Of a stretch of DNA of 64,000 nt, positions 24,991 through 39,266 are shown in pieces; positions within the stretch are counted from its first letter, which is position 1, and each line of letters opens with the position of its first letter. The DNA is from Psammoneis japonica. Its lineage: Eukaryota. The position numbers and the translations under genes were made by a program. The notes below the pieces were generated by a model. That model saw only the letters and a program-made list of their open reading frames with translations, was not told the DNA's origin and did no database searches. The stretch spans positions 1 through 64,000 of the forward strand of contig QPGO01000242.1 in NCBI GenBank assembly GCA_008632985.1. Direction: 5' to 3'.

Positions 24991-26045
24991 AAGCATCAAG
25001 ACCATTCAAGTGCCAGTTGGTCCTCAAGACAATCTGATGACATGCAAACATTGGATGACAGCAGACGCTCCGGAGGATTCAGCAGCAGCGCTTCAGACAT
25101 GGAGTCAACGTCACTTTGGACAGGCCAAAGGTGCACCTCCTGCTGTCCCTCCCCTGTCCGTGGACTTGGGGCATGAGGGGAACACCGTCATGGCAGAGCT
25201 GATGCTGGATGGGGAACATGACACCAGTCAAATGAATCTTGCTGCCTTGTTGCTTGTCTGGCACCTCCGTCAATGCACACCTCCAGCTGTGAGCAATTCT
25301 TTGTCTTCCACCACTTTGTTGTCTAAATTGAAGACATGGCCTGACAATCAACTCTGGTGTGATTTGCTGGGCGCAGATGGGCATGAACTTGAGCTGCCAA
25401 AGTGTTCTTTTCACGCTGTTGAGTGGGATTTCACTGAGTGCAGAGAGCCATGCATTTGCCCTCACCACAAAGACCTTGACGTTGAAATCTTCTCTGCAGA
25501 CAGGCCCAAGTCCCGCTCTGGCACTCAACTCTCAGCTTGTGCTCCGCACAAAACCCTTGGACACTGCTTGGCTCCAATTGGTGCCCAGAAGACTCAGTTG
25601 AAGAAACACTGACACAAGAGCGACACTGCAGCTCTTTTCCTTTGGTCTTGTTTGCTTCTTCATGCAGAAACATGGAGATGCTGCCGTGCACGTCATCTCT
25701 CCTCGATGACCTGTGTTCTCCCTGGCCAGACCTTTCTCCCCAAATGGTTGCTTGTCACTCAACAGAAAGCAATGCGGGTCACATTGTCAAATGTGGGTGC
25801 AGCTGAAACACAAACAACTCATCTTGTGTGGCCCACAAGCTCTTGGCGGTGGCAGATTTTGACCGCCAGACATCAAACAAGGAGTGGCTCAATTGCGGGT
25901 GCTGCTCAAGCATTCCAGAGGTGTCGCACATCTTCATCTGGGAGAGGATCAACCCCACAAATTGCCGCACATTGCAGTCTCATGGATCCAACTGAACTTG
26001 GGGACAGGCGCGAGCTTCCAGTGGGATGCAGATGCTGTTCTCCTG
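24990..26045 (+). mobile_element. Internally deleted non-LTR retrotransposon RT fragment
   Basis: RHFGQAKG, QLWCDLLGADGHELELPKCSFH, HLGEDQPHKL match the element at 50388-53850. Confidence 0.8.
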
Positions 26046-26347
26046 CATGTTGTTTCAAAAAAAAATGTCATTTCAAGGAAAACAAACATGTTGTTTCAAA
26101 GAAAACAAACATGTCTTTTCAAGGAAAACAAACATGTCATTTCAAGGAAAACAAACATGTCGTTTCAAGGAAAACAAACATGTCGTTTCAAGGAAAACAA
26201 ACATGTTGTTTCAAAGAAAACAAACATGTCTTTTCAAGGCAAACAAACATGTCGTTTCAAGGAAAACAAACATGTCATTTCAAGGAGAAAACAAACATGT
26301 CGTTTCAAGGAAAACAAACACGTCGTTTCAAGGAAAACAAACATGTC
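26045..26347 (+). repeat. 23-bp satellite array
   Basis: Tandem copies of the same unit. Confidence 0.95.
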
Positions 26348-27554
26348 CTGAGTCAGCTCATGTGAGTCAAAGACCAAAGCAACACCTTGCGTGCACAAAG
26401 GCATCCTGATTTTTGAGTCAGGGAAAACAACAGAGTGTGTGCTGTTGGGATCAAACTGGCGAGGGGTGTTGTGGAAAAAAAAACAGATCTGTTTTCTAAG
26501 TGCTGTCACTCCTTTGCCAGCTGGGCCGGCCCGGGCTGACCCACACTCCCAGCACACAGTCAAGTGCGGCAGGAGCTTGCACAGGATCAGCCGGAATGGG
26601 CGTCACCAGAAGATGACACCCCACCAAGATGACTCATGAGGAATGACCCACACAAGGAATTTGTTGCATGTTTGTTGATGACAGCCACAGAAGGCACACC
26701 ACAACTGCGACGGACAATTGCACTCAGATGGGTTTTTAAAATGGTCCGCAAAGGGAGCCTTGAAGGCAAGACAAGCAGGTTGTCAGAGAAAATGTTCTTG
26801 ACACGTAGAAACAATGCTGAGTCTTGCGCAGAAAAGCTGCTGAGAGCAGCAAACCAAAGACCATCAAATGGCACCACAGGACAACTTGCGTTCTTGCTGA
26901 AAAGGGCCGCAAAAGAAGCAGCACATTCACCACAAAGAGTGAAGCACTTGACTGCACAGTGGAGAAAAGAAGAGAGGTTGAAACCAACTGGCAGGGACAA
27001 AAGCAGTCCGGAGAAGTGGTGCACAGACAGTCAGAGGCAACACGCAGAAACAATGCCAGATCTTGCGCAGAAAGAATGATGGGAGCAGCAAATTGATGAC
27101 AATCAAATGACTCCAAAGGACAACCAACATTGTTGCTGAAAAGGGCCACAACAGAAGCGGCGCTTGCACCACAAAGAGTGAAGGACTTGATTGCATGGCA
27201 AAGAAAAGAAGCAGGGTTGAGAGCCGATTTGCAAGGACAAAAGCAGGCTGGGGAAGTGACGTGCAGATTGTCAGCAGCATCTGCAGATCCATGCAGAATT
27301 TGCGCCAGAACCTGTGTGTGAAATTTTCTGAGACAACCGAAAATTGCGAGAAATGACAACCAGCTTGCGAGCCAAAAGGCCGGGACACTTGTCATTTTCC
27401 ACTGATGAACTTTGCTCATCATGCTGCAACAAGGATGTGCCGCTGGCAAACGTGGGCAGAATGGGCTTGTTGGAGCCAAATCAACACCGTCTGAGAAGGG
27501 CGACATCAGCACGAGAACTGGCATAGAAGCACACGTGGGAGGTTGCTGGCGGGA

Positions 27555-30500
27555 GCTTGTGCAAAAGAGTGAGGGGTGTCGTGGACAGTCAGTTCACTTG
27601 CTTGCAGTTGGTTGGAGCACAGCAGGGTGTCAGTCATTCTGTCCCCGAAAAACACAGCCTCATGGACTGGCAGCAGGTGTGGCTGTCCATTGGCTGGATC
27701 AACCCACATGGCAGCAGCCACACAAATGGGAACATTCCTCATTGGCGCACACTCTTCGGAGCAAGGATGCACTGCATTGGCGCGGTCAACATCAGAGCAC
27801 ATGACAAAAGTGGGCCCAACAGCACATGCATCAGCACGCGAGTCCAAGCCGTTGGTTGCCTCACCATGTGAATGTCCAGCAGATGACAAAGAGACATGTG
27901 TGTTCTTTGGGAATCACCTGGATAAATGCACAGTGCCAGCAGGTGCAGCAACAGTCGGTTCCGTGTCATTTCAAGGAAAACAAACATGTGGTTGCAAGAA
28001 AAACAAGCTTGTCATTTCAATGAAAACAAACATGTCGTTTCAAGGAAAACAAACATGTTTTTTAAAGAAAAACAAACATGTTGTTTCAAGAAAAACAAAC
28101 ATGTTGTTTCAAGGAAAACAAGCATGTCATTTCAAGAAAAACAAACATGTTGTTTCAAGGAAAAGAAACACGTCATTTCAAGGAAAACAAACATGTCGTT
28201 TCAAGGAAAACAAACATGTCGTATCAAATGAAACAAACATGTTGTTTCAAGGAAAACAAACATGTCTTTTTGACAAAAACAAACACGTCTTTCAAGAAAA
28301 CAAACAACTTGGAGCACACCAACAAAGCCTTGATGACAGTTGGCCGTTTGGCATTCAACTCAGGTGAGCCGTCCAGCTCAGGCCTGTGTCCTGAGCTCAA
28401 GGGCGTGTCGACGCCTTTGTCGGAAGACGCATCAAATGAAACAAACATGTTGTTTCAAGGAAAACAAACATGTCTTTTTGACAAAAACAAACACGTCTTT
28501 TCAAGAAAAACAAACAACTTGGAGCACACCAACAAAGCCTTGATGACAGTTGGCCGTTTTGGCATTCAACTCAGGTGAGCCGTCCAGCTCAGGCCTGTGT
28601 CCTGAGCTCAAGGGCGTGTCGACGCCTTTGTCGGAAGACGCCTGTCAGTTTTCTTGAGCTCCAACTCAACATCAGCCAATGCCCGTTTGACACAAAGGTC
28701 AGAGGACATGGCCCAGCATGCCTCACTTTCCAAGTCAGACAACTGGCACTTTCTGATCTTGGCGCCCAAGTGCTCCTGCAGCTCGCAGACACTTCCGTCC
28801 TTGAGCGTGCACCCAGAGCTCATGCAATCCATGATCTTGACGTTGCAGACCCCTGCCTGGGTTGTCACTCTGAGGGTGTTCTTGGCGGCCATCAGGCCAA
28901 TGTTCCACCTCTTGGAGAGCATCTTGGGTGTGACAGTTGATGCATGACTCGAGGTCAACAGTGCATGCACCCGTTTCCACTCGGCACAATCCGGGTTGAC
29001 GTCCAGATTGTGCCAGTCATGTGGCCCGTCTCCCCCAATGTCGTTGTGAGAGACATTCGCCTGAGCAACCAAGCAGTGATGCAGAGAATCGTCGTCATTT
29101 GCATCCACAATGATGCTCTCATTGTGATGGGACATCTGACACGAATGAATTGAATCAACACACCTGGTCGCATTCATCATTGTCAACTGTCCGTCAGAGT
29201 TTGCTGGTCCTTGGCACACACTGGCGCATGCGCGCTTGTCCCACCTTTGTGCCATGGCATCAGAGCAGAAGGTTCCCATCCAAGGGGCGATGTGAGTTCC
29301 AGCCGGGGGAGGTTCTCCAGATCCTGCTGAATCGGCTCATGAGAGTCAAAGACCAAAGCAACACCTTGCGTGTGAAAAGGCATCCTGATTTTCAAGTCAG
29401 GGAAACCAACAGAGTGTGCGCTGTTGGGATCAAACTGGCGAGGGGTGTCGTGGACAGTCAGTTCACTCGCTCGCAGTTGGTTGGGGCACAGCAGGGTGTC
29501 AGTCATTCTGTCCCAAAAAACACAGCCTCGTGGACTGGCAGCAGGTGTGGCTGTCCATTGGTTGGATCAACCCACATGGCAGCAGCTGCGCAAATGGGAG
29601 TGTCAATCATTGGCGCACACTCTTTGGAGCAAGGATGCACTGCAACAGCACGGTCAACATCAGAGCACATGATGAAATTGGACCCAACAGCACATGCATC
29701 AGTGCGCAAGTCCAAGTCGCTGGTTGCCTCACCATGTGAATGTCCAGCAGATTGCAAAGAGATGTGTGTGTTTTTTGGGAATTGCCTGGATAAATGCACA
29801 GTGCCAGCAGGTGCAGCAACAGTTGGTTCCATGCCTTTTGGTGCTGGCACAACTGTCCGTTCCTCCTTCTGAGGTTTCTCGTGGGTGCTGTGTCCAAACT
29901 GCATGCCTGTGTTGGCAGCAGGTGGCTCATCTGACTCTTTGGAGTCCTTTTGTCCATCAGCAGGTTGAGGCTCAGCAACAGCCACCCTTTTCACAGCATG
30001 AGTGTCAGCATTGACCGACTCAGCCTCCGAGGATGCAGCTGCTGCTTTGCGTTTTTTCCCGGCTTTCTTGGCCTCATTGAGCTTCTCAACTTGCTCTTGC
30101 TCAGGACCGTCAAGAGCACTCCACTCTTCAATGGGGCAATGGCCTGCCTGGATCCTGGGCTTGTCCTTTTCAGGTTGGTGCTTGCCATCAGAGTTTCTGC
30201 GACGGCTGCTGTGGCATTGGACGGATGCGGCCATGCAAGCATCAGCATTGTAGTTCTTGGCATTCTTCACCAGAATCTTTGCATGCTGCTGGCATGCTTT
30301 GAAATCTGCTTGCTGGCTTCATCAGATCTCCATCCACTGTGCTCTCACCAGCTTCCAACCCAGGGTCGGAGACACCCTCGACAAAGTCAGAGACCTTCTT
30401 GGTCTCAGCCACCAGCTCATCGAGCTCAGACAAGTCATTGCAAGCCTTCTGATGACATTGGATGCACTGGTCAAAACAAAACAACTCCGGTGCACTTTGC

Positions 30501-30566
30501 GGCGGCAATCTGTGCATGGGCATGGCTCTTGTGGGTGGTGGCAGCAGCTGATCCTTCCGCCTGCCC
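27555..30566 (-). mobile_element. Mosaic of Copia protease, RT, integrase and gag fragments with embedded satellite (27965-28520)
   Basis: LDSRADACAVG and LDLRTDACAVGSNF (protease), TPLSSGHRPELDGSPEL (RT), LSKRWNIGL (integrase), gag C-terminus. Confidence 0.85.
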
Positions 30567-31010
30567 ACATGTCTTTTCAAGGAAAACAAACATGTCTTTT
30601 CAAGGAAAACAAACATGTCATTTCAAGGAAAACAAACATGTCATTTCAAGGAAAACAAACATGTCTTTTCAAGGAAAACAAACATGTCGTTTCAAGGAAA
30701 ACAAACATGTCATTTCAAGGAAAACAAACATGTCATTTCAAGGAAAACAAACATGTCTTTTCAAGGAAAAACAACATGTCGTTTCAAGGAAACCAAACAT
30801 GTTGTTTCAAGGAAACCAAACATGTTTTTTTTTGAGAAAAAAAAACATGTCTTTTCAAGGAAAACAAACATGTCATTTCAAGGAAAACAAACATGTCGTT
30901 TCAAGGAAAACAAACGTGTTCTTTCAAGGAAAACAAACATGTTCTTTCAAGGAAAACAAACATGTCATTTCAAGGAAAACAAACATGTCTTTTCAAGAAA
31001 AACAAACATG
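30566..31010 (+). repeat. 23-bp satellite array
   Basis: Tandem copies of the same unit. Confidence 0.95.
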
Positions 31011-32900
31011 CAAAAAAGAAAAAAAGAACATCTGTTGACAGTGCTGCCAGCGAACCATGTTGTTCACAAACACATGCCTCTGGCACAAAGAGCAAATTCC
31101 ACAATGCTGTGTTGCTGAGATCAGAGCTGTGTTGTGCTTGCAGCCTGCTCTTCCCAATGAATGTGCTGAGGATGGCTTTGCTCTTGGAATTTGGTTGGAC
31201 AACCAGTGGCCACAAAACAAAATCTCAGCAAGCTCAACATTGAAAAAGAAGAAAAACTTGAGGAGGCTGTGCCAAGCAGCTCTTGTGGGAAAATCAATGG
31301 GGCACAATGCCCTCTCTTCTCAAGCAATTCACAAAATGGGAGGGGCATTGCAACATGCCAAGGGGCCACAACGAGGATGGGGAGAACCTTGGAAAATGGT
31401 CAAGCAACCAACTGGATGCCACAAGGAAAAGGAAACTTGACGCTTCTCAACAGGAATGACTGAAGAAGGCCAGAGCCATGTGGGACATTCTGGCTGAGCA
31501 TTGGGAGACTGTGTTTTCTCTTCTCAAACAGTTTGTGGTGCACGGGGGGAAGCTGCAAAGTGCCCCATTGTCACACTGAAAATGGAGAGAGACTTGGACA
31601 TTGGCTGGACACGCAAAAGCAAGCATGGAAGGCTGGAAGACTGAAGAACAGCCGCACAAACTGGCTGCTGGATCTTGGCAAGTTTTCATCCAACAGCAGT
31701 CTCTGCTGCAAACTGCGATGTGCAGAAGCAGAAGAGACAAAGAGAGTGCTCCAAAAGATTGATGCTTGCAAGGAGAAAGCAGGTCCAAGCATCAAAACCA
31801 TTCAAGTGCCAGTTGGTCCTCCAGACAATCTGATGACATGCAAACATTGGATGACAGCAGACGCTCCGGAGGATTCAGCAGCAGCGCTTCAGACATGGAG
31901 TCAACGTCACTTTGGACAGGCCAAAGGTGCACCTCCTGCTGTCCCTCCCCTGTCCGTGGACTTGGGGCATGAGGGGAACACCGTCATGGCAGAGCTGATG
32001 CTGGATGGGGAACATGACACCAGTCAATTGAATCTTGCTGCCTCGTTGCTTGTCTGGCACCTCCGTCAATGCACACCTCCAGCTGTGAGCAATTCTTTGT
32101 CTTCCGCCACTTTGTTGTCTAAATTGAAGACATGGCCTGACAAATCAACTCTGGTGTGATTTGCTGGGCGCAGCTGGGCATGAACTTGAGCTGCCAAAGT
32201 GTTCTTTCCATGCCATTGAGTGGGATTTCACTGAGTGCAGAGAGCCATGCATTTGCCCTCACCACAAAGACCTTGACACTGAATCTTCTCTGCAGACAGG
32301 CCCAAGTCCCACTCTGGCACTCAACTCTCAGCTTGTGCTCCACACAAAACCCTCGGAATCTGCTTGGCTCCAATTGGTGCCCAGAAGACTCAGTTGAAGA
32401 AACTCTGACACAAGAGCAATGCTGCAGCTCTTTTCTTTTGATCTTGTTTGCTTGATCATGCAGAACATGGAGATGCTGCCGTGCACATCATCTCTCCTTG
32501 ATGACCTGTGTTCTCCCTGGCCAGACCTTTCTCCCCGAACAGTTGCTTGCCGCTCAAAAGAAAGCAATGCGGGGCACATTGTCAAATGTGGGTGCAGCTG
32601 AAACACAAAACAACTCATCTTGTGTGGCCCACAAGCTCTTGGCGGTGGCAGATTTTGACCGCCAGACATCAAACAAGGAGTTGCTCAATTGCAAGTGCTG
32701 CTCAAGCATTCCAGAGGTGTGGCGCATCTTCATCTGGGAGAGGATCAACCCCACAAATTGCCGCACATTGCAGTCTCATGGATCCAACTGAACTTGGGGA
32801 CAGGCACGAGCTTCCAGTGGGACGCAGATGCTGTTCTCCTGCGTGTGGAATCGCGCTGCTTCCGTCAGTGCATTCTTGCACAGAGTTCAAGGCAAACTCA
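31010..32900 (+). pseudogene. HA-domain relic fused to a non-LTR RT fragment (paralog of 23290-26045, without the MITE)
   Basis: Colinear similarity with 23290-26045. Confidence 0.8.
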
Positions 32901-33222
32901 TGTTGTTTCAAGAAAAACAAACATGTTGTTTCAAAAACAAATGTCATTTCAAGGAAAACAAACATGCTCTTTCAAGGAAAACAAACATGTCGTTTTAAGG
33001 AAAACAAACATGTCGTTTTAAGGAAAACAAACATGTCATTTCAAGGAAAACAAACATGTCGTTTCAAGGAAAACAAACACGTTGTTTCAAAGAAAACTAA
33101 CATGTCTTTTCAAGGCAAACAAACATGTCATTTCAAGGAAAACAAACATGTCATTTCAAGGAAAACAAACATGTCGTTTCAAGGAAAACAAACATGTCAT
33201 TTCAAAAAAAAACAAACATGTC
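32900..33222 (+). repeat. 23-bp satellite array
   Basis: Tandem copies of the same unit. Confidence 0.95.
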
Positions 33223-33967
33223 CTGAGTCAGCTCATGTGAGTCAAAGACCAAAGCAACACCTTGCGTGCGCAAAGGCACCCTGATTTTCAAGTCAGGGAA
33301 AACAACAGAGTGTGTGCTGTTGGGATCAAACTGGCAAGGGGTGTTGTGGACAAAAAAAAACAGATCTGTTTTCTAAGTGCTGTCACTCTTTTGCCAGCTG
33401 GGCCGGCGCTGGCTGACCCACACTCCCAGCACACAGTCAAGTGCGGCAGGAGCTTGCACAGGATCAGCCGGAATGGGCGTCACCAGAAGATGACACCCCA
33501 CCAAGATGACTCAAAAGGAATGACCCACACAAGGAATTTGTTGCATGTTTGTTGATGACAGCCACAGAAGGCACACCACAACTGCAACGGACAACTGCAC
33601 TCAGGTGGGTTTTTATAATGGTCCGCAAAGGGAGCCTTGAAGGCAAGACAAGCAGGTTGTCAGAGAAAATGTTCTTGACACGTAGAAACAATGCTGAGTC
33701 TTGTGCAGAAAAGCTGCTGAGAGCAGCAAACCAAAGACCATCAAATGGCACCACAGGACAACTTGCGTTCTTGCTGAAAAGGGCCGCAAAAGAAGCAGCA
33801 CATTCACCACAAAGAGTGAAGCACTTGACTGCACGGTGGAGAAAAGAAGAGAGGTTGAAAACCAACTGGCAGGGACAAAAGCAGTCCGGAGAAGTGATGC
33901 ACAGACAGTCAGAGGTGACAGAAATTGAAGGCAAATGGCAAGAATTCAAACAACAACTCCTCACTGC

Positions 33968-34770
33968 TGTCTAAATGGCAGATGAGTCTCCGCTCAGAGA
34001 CCGTTGCAGGAGCCGAAAGACGTGCAAGTCGGCACAATCGGGCCACTGTCATCATTCTTGTGAGCCTTGTGGCTCGAAAGCAAACTGCATCGCGTGCGAA
34101 CGCGCGGAACTAAAGCACACAAAACTGTGCGCGGTGGACTGAACAGCACGCGACATTTCGTGCGCACCCAAATCCTGTTCAAATCCTGTCACTCCCCAGT
34201 TTGCATGAGGAGCCACAGAAACAGATTCGACTTCGGATGGAATGAAGTTCCAGAAAATGAGGGGACGGAGAAGGTCCCAGATTTGGGAGCAACCCCAATG
34301 CTTGCTGAGAATGTCAGCAGGGTTGCGGGAGCCTTCGATGAAGTGGAGCTCAAGGCAACCAGAGGCAATTGCCTCATGCACACGGTGGAACGACAGTGTG
34401 GTGTGTCGCTTGTGCAACTTGGAGTGCGGGATGGTGGCGCTGTCTGCAGCCGACTTGTTGTCACCGAACATGCAACTGACACCACGGATCGGGACGCCAA
34501 GGCAGCGCAGGGTGATGCGCAGGTCGACAATCTGCTCGACACAAGTCCTTGCGGCAACAAATTAAGACCCGCAGGTCGCAGTCTCCATGGTGGCTTGCTT
34601 CTCAGAGAACCAATCAGCCGGGAATTTGTTGAGGAAGTGGAGCATTCCCATGACAGAGCGTCCGGTGAGCATGCAATGGCACAAGTTTGCATCGACGCAG
34701 TGGGTGGCAGTGACGAACTTGCCAAGGGGCGGTGGAGCGTCCTTCGAGATCATCTCTTCTGCTTCGCCGT
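33968..34770 (-). mobile_element. Copia RNase H, polypurine tract and putative 3' LTR (34191-33968)
   Basis: THCVDANLCHCMLTGRSV...WFSEKQATMETATCGS; FGDNKS...LHKRHTTLSFHRVHEAIA...NPADILSKHWG. GGGGAG precedes TGACAG at 34191, and the LTR-like stretch ends ...tagaCA. Confidence 0.88.
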
Positions 34771-35615
34771 CATGTCAGCAATTTCAGTCAAAGGGACCTG
34801 CTCCAGGTCCTTGACAGCAGTGAAGCCTTGACGGGCCATGTGGGTGCGCGTCTGTGCACTGTGCCCACAACTCGCAAGACAGGCGGCAAAGGCTGCAGCA
34901 GCGGCCATGGCGCATCAGCAGTTGTTCGCGTTTCGATGCGTGAGCGTCCACTTGTGTGAGTGGAGGAAAGTGAGAAAAATGCATGGCTCTCGTGCCGATT
35001 TGGCGGTTTCTGCTTGGCGAACCCATGAGCAGGCGGTGTTGCCCCCAAGCGACAATGTCCAACAGACATGCATCCACATGTGCAGTGTCCAAACAATTTG
35101 ATGATGCACTTTGATTGATGAGATGTGTGTGGTCAAATGACAGACAGCGCACAAATCATTGTGTTGTCTTCGTCACAAATGTTTGCGTGTCTCAGCCGAC
35201 ATGTTCCATCCACATGATCAAACATTTTGTGTGATGACGTCATGTCTGACGGATCACAGCTCTGGTCTCCAAGAGCATGTTGTTCATGTCCATGAATGTT
35301 GACACACACAAAGGACTCAGCAATTGCATGAGCAACCATGGGACCAACATGGTGCTTGCCACAAAAATCAATTGACTGCAACGATGCCGTCACACCGTTT
35401 GCAATGCCCATTCCAGGCGATGAACATCACAGCGCACTGGCTCTGACAAAGTGACCAAATGCCACCATGATGGCTGAGAATTGGGTGCAAGACAAGACAG
35501 AGTGTTGAGCAGCATCAGCGGGTCTAGAATTGTGAGATGTTGCGCCATTGGGGTCACTGATCAAGCAACAGTGAACCAATCACCAACAGCACACAAGCTG
35601 CCTGTGTTTGTGACA
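34770..35615 (-). mobile_element. Copia 5' LTR/UTR and gag start (homolog of 18343-19180); partly recopied at 37580-38172
   Basis: Reverse-complement similarity to 18343-19180; identical ORF translations at 35133 and 37690. Confidence 0.8.
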
Positions 35616-35629
35616 GCACATCAGCATTT

Positions 35630-37580
35630 GTTCAAAACAACATGTTCATTTTCTTTGAAACAACATGTTTGTTTTCAATGAAAAGACACGTTTGTTTTCC
35701 TTGAAAAGACACATTTGTTTTCCTTGAAATGACATGTTTGTTTTCCTTGAAACGACTTGTTTGTTTTCCTTGAAAATGCACGCTTGTTTTCAAGACATTT
35801 TTGGTTTCCTTGAAAAGACATGTTTGTTTTCCCTGAAACCACATGTTTGTTTTCCTTGAAAACACATGTTTGTTTTCATTGAAAAGACATGTTTGTTTTC
35901 AAAGACATGTTTGTTTTCTTTGAAACGACAAGTTTGTTTTTCTTGAAACCACATGTTTGTTTTCCTTGAAATGACACGTTTGTTTTCCTTGAAATGACAT
36001 GTTTGTTTTCCTTGAAATGACATGTTTGTTTTCCCTGAAACCACATGTTTGTTTTCCTTGAAATGACATGTTTGTTTTCATTGAAAAGACATGTTTGATT
36101 TCCTTGAAACGACATGTTTGTTTTCCTTGAAACCACATGTTTGTTTTCCTTGAAAAGACACATTTGTTTTCCTTGAAATGACATGTTTGTTTTTCTTGAA
36201 ACGGCATGTTTGTTTTCCTTGAAAAGACATGTTTGATTTCCTTGAAACAACATGTTTGTTTTCCTTGAAGTGACATGTTTGTTTTCCTTGAAAAGACACA
36301 TTTGTTTTCCTTGAAACGACGTGTTTATTTTCCTTGAAACGACATGTTTGTTTTCCTTGAAAAGACATGTTTGTTTTCCTTGAAACAACATGTTTGTTTT
36401 CTTTAAAATGACACGTTTGTTTTCCTTGAAACGACATGTTTGTTTTCCTTGAAAAGACACATTTGTTTTCCTTGAAACAACATGTTTGTTTTCTCTGAAA
36501 TGGCATGTTTGTTTTCCTTTAAACGACATGTTTGTTTTCCTTGAAACCACATGTTTGTTTTCCTTGAAATGACACGTTTGTTTTCCTTGAAACGACATGT
36601 TTGTTTTCATTGAAAAGACATGTTTGTTTTCTTTGAAACGAAATGTTTGTTTTCCTTGAAAAGACATGTTTGTTTTCCTTGAAAAGACATGTTTGTTTTC
36701 TTTGAAACTACATGTTTGTTTTCCTTGAAACAACATGTTTGTTTTCCATGGAAAGACATGTTTGATTTCCTTGAAACGACATGTTTGTTTTCCTTGAAAC
36801 AACATGTTTGTTTTCCTTGAAACAACATGTTTGTTTTCCTTGAAAAGACACATTTGTTTTCCTTGAAACAACATGTTTGTTTTCCTTGAAATGGCATGTT
36901 TGTTTTCCTTGAAACGACATGTTTGTTTTCCTTGACAACACACAATTGTTTTCCTTGAAACAACATGATTGTTTTCATTGAAATGGCATGTTTGTTTTCT
37001 TTGAAACGACGTGTTTATTTTCCTTGAAACAACATGTTTGTTTTCCTTGAAACCACATGTTTGTTTTCCTTGAAACCACAATGGCATGTTTGTTTTCTTT
37101 GAAACGACGTGTTTGTTTTCCTTGAAACCACATGTTTGCTTTCATTAAAAAGACATGTTTGTTTTCTTTGAAAAGACATGTTTGTTTTCCTTGAAACGAC
37201 ATGTTTGTTTTCCTTGAAAAGACATGTTTGTTTTCATTGAAAAGACATGTTTGATTTCCGTGAAACGACAAGTTTGTTTTCCTTGAAACCACATGTTTGT
37301 TTTCCTTGAAATGACACGTTTGTTTTCCTTGAAACAACATGTTTGTTTTCCTTAAAAAGACATGTTTGTTTTCCTTGAAATGACATGTTTGTTTTCCTTG
37401 AAACAACATGTTTGTTTTCCTTGAAAACACATGTTTGTTTTCCTTGAAAACACATGTTTGTTTTCCTTGAAACGACATGTTTGTTTTCATTGAAAAGACA
37501 CGCTTGATTTCCTTGAAATGACGTGTTTGTTTTCCTTGAAATGGCTTGTTTGTTTTCCTTGAAATGACATGTTTGTTTCC
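35630..37580 (-). repeat. 23-bp satellite array (~2 kb)
   Basis: Continuous tandem reverse-complement units. Confidence 0.97.
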
Positions 37581-38189
37581 CATGAGCAGGCGGTGTTGCC
37601 CCCAAGCGACAATGTCCAACAGACATGCATCCACATGTGCAGTGTCCAAACAATTTGATGATGCACTTTGATTGATGAGATGTTTGTGGTCAAATGACAG
37701 ACAGCGCACAAATCATTGTGTTGTCTTCGTCACAAATGTTTGCGTGTCTCAGCCGACATGTTCCATCCACATGATCAAACATTTTGTGTGATGACGTCAT
37801 GTCTGACGGATCACAGCTCTGGTCTCCAAGAGCATGTTGTTCATGTCCATGAATGTTGACACACACAAAGGACTCAGCAATTGCATGAGCAACCATGGGA
37901 CCAACATGGTGCTTGCCACAAAAATCAATTGACTGCAACGATGCCGTCACACCGTTTGCAATGCCCATTCCAGGCGATGAACATCACAGCGCACTGGCTC
38001 TGACAAAGTGACCAAATGCCACCATGATGGCTGAGAATTGGGTGCAAGACAAGACAGAGTGTTGAGCAGCATCAGCGGGTCTAGAATTGTGAGATGTTGC
38101 GCCATTGGGGTCACTGATCAAGCAACAGTGAACCAATCACCAACAGCACACAAGCTGCCTGTGTTTGTGACAGCACATCAGCATTTGTT

Positions 38190-39266
38190 CAAAACAACAT
38201 GTTCATTTTCTTTGAAACAACATGTTTGTTTTCAATGAAAAGACACGTTTGTTTTCCTTGAAAAGACACATTTGTTTTCCTTGAAATGACATGTTTGTTT
38301 TCCTTGAAACGACTTGTTTGTTTTCCTTGAAAATGCACGCTTGTTTTCAAGACATTTTTGGTTTCCTTGAAAAGACATGTTTGTTTTCCCTGAAACCACA
38401 TGTTTGTTTTCCTTGAAAACACATGTTTGTTTTCATTGAAAAGACATGTTTGTTTTCAAAGACATGTTTGTTTTCTTTGAAACGACAAGTTTGTTTTTCT
38501 TGAAACCACATGTTTGTTTTCCTTGAAATGACACGTTTGTTTTCCTTGAAATGACATGTTTGTTTTCCTTGAAATGACATGTTTGTTTTCCCTGAAACCA
38601 CATGTTTGTTTTCCTTGAAATGACATGTTTGTTTTCATTGAAAAGACATGTTTGATTTCCTTGAAACGACATGTTTGTTTTCCTTGAAACCACATGTTTG
38701 TTTTCCTTGAAAAGACACATTTGTTTTCCTTGAAATGACATGTTTGTTTTTCTTGAAACGGCATGTTTGTTTTCCTTGAAAAGACATGTTTGATTTCCTT
38801 GAAACAACATGTTTGTTTTCCTTGAAGTGACATGTTTGTTTTCCTTGAAAACACACATTTGTTTTCCTTGAAACGGCAGATGCGTTCCAGGTCTAGGTGG
38901 GACCTTGCACTGCTGAACTGTGACATCGACAGTTTTTTGAATCGCGTCATGTGTCGCACACGCACATTTCTGCGTGACTGTGGCAAAATTTTGTGTGATT
39001 TTACAGCGCAATTGTCAGGCCATGCATTGATCAACTTTTGACATTTTTTTCTTCTACGCCATTCTCGCTCCTTGAAAAGACATGTTTGTTTTTTTTGAAA
39101 CCACATGTTTGTTTTCCTTGAAATGACATGTTTGTTTTCCTTGAAAAGACGTGTTTGTTTTCCTTGAAACAACACGTTTGTTTTCCTTGAAAAGACATGT
39201 TTGTTTTCCTTGAAACGACATGTTTGTTTTCCGTTAAAAGACATGTTTGTTTTCCTTGAAACGACA
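38190..39266 (-). repeat. 23-bp satellite array with a truncated family A MITE (~38879-39068)
   Basis: Tandem units; gatgcgttccaggtctaggtgggac at 38879. Confidence 0.9.

Noticed and set aside
35630..37580. 23-bp repeats as a CRISPR array or a repeat protein (SFQGKQTCLFKENKHVVSRKTNM)
   Set aside because: Units are head-to-tail without unique spacers, there are no cas genes, and the context is eukaryotic. The 23-aa periodicity is just three DNA units.
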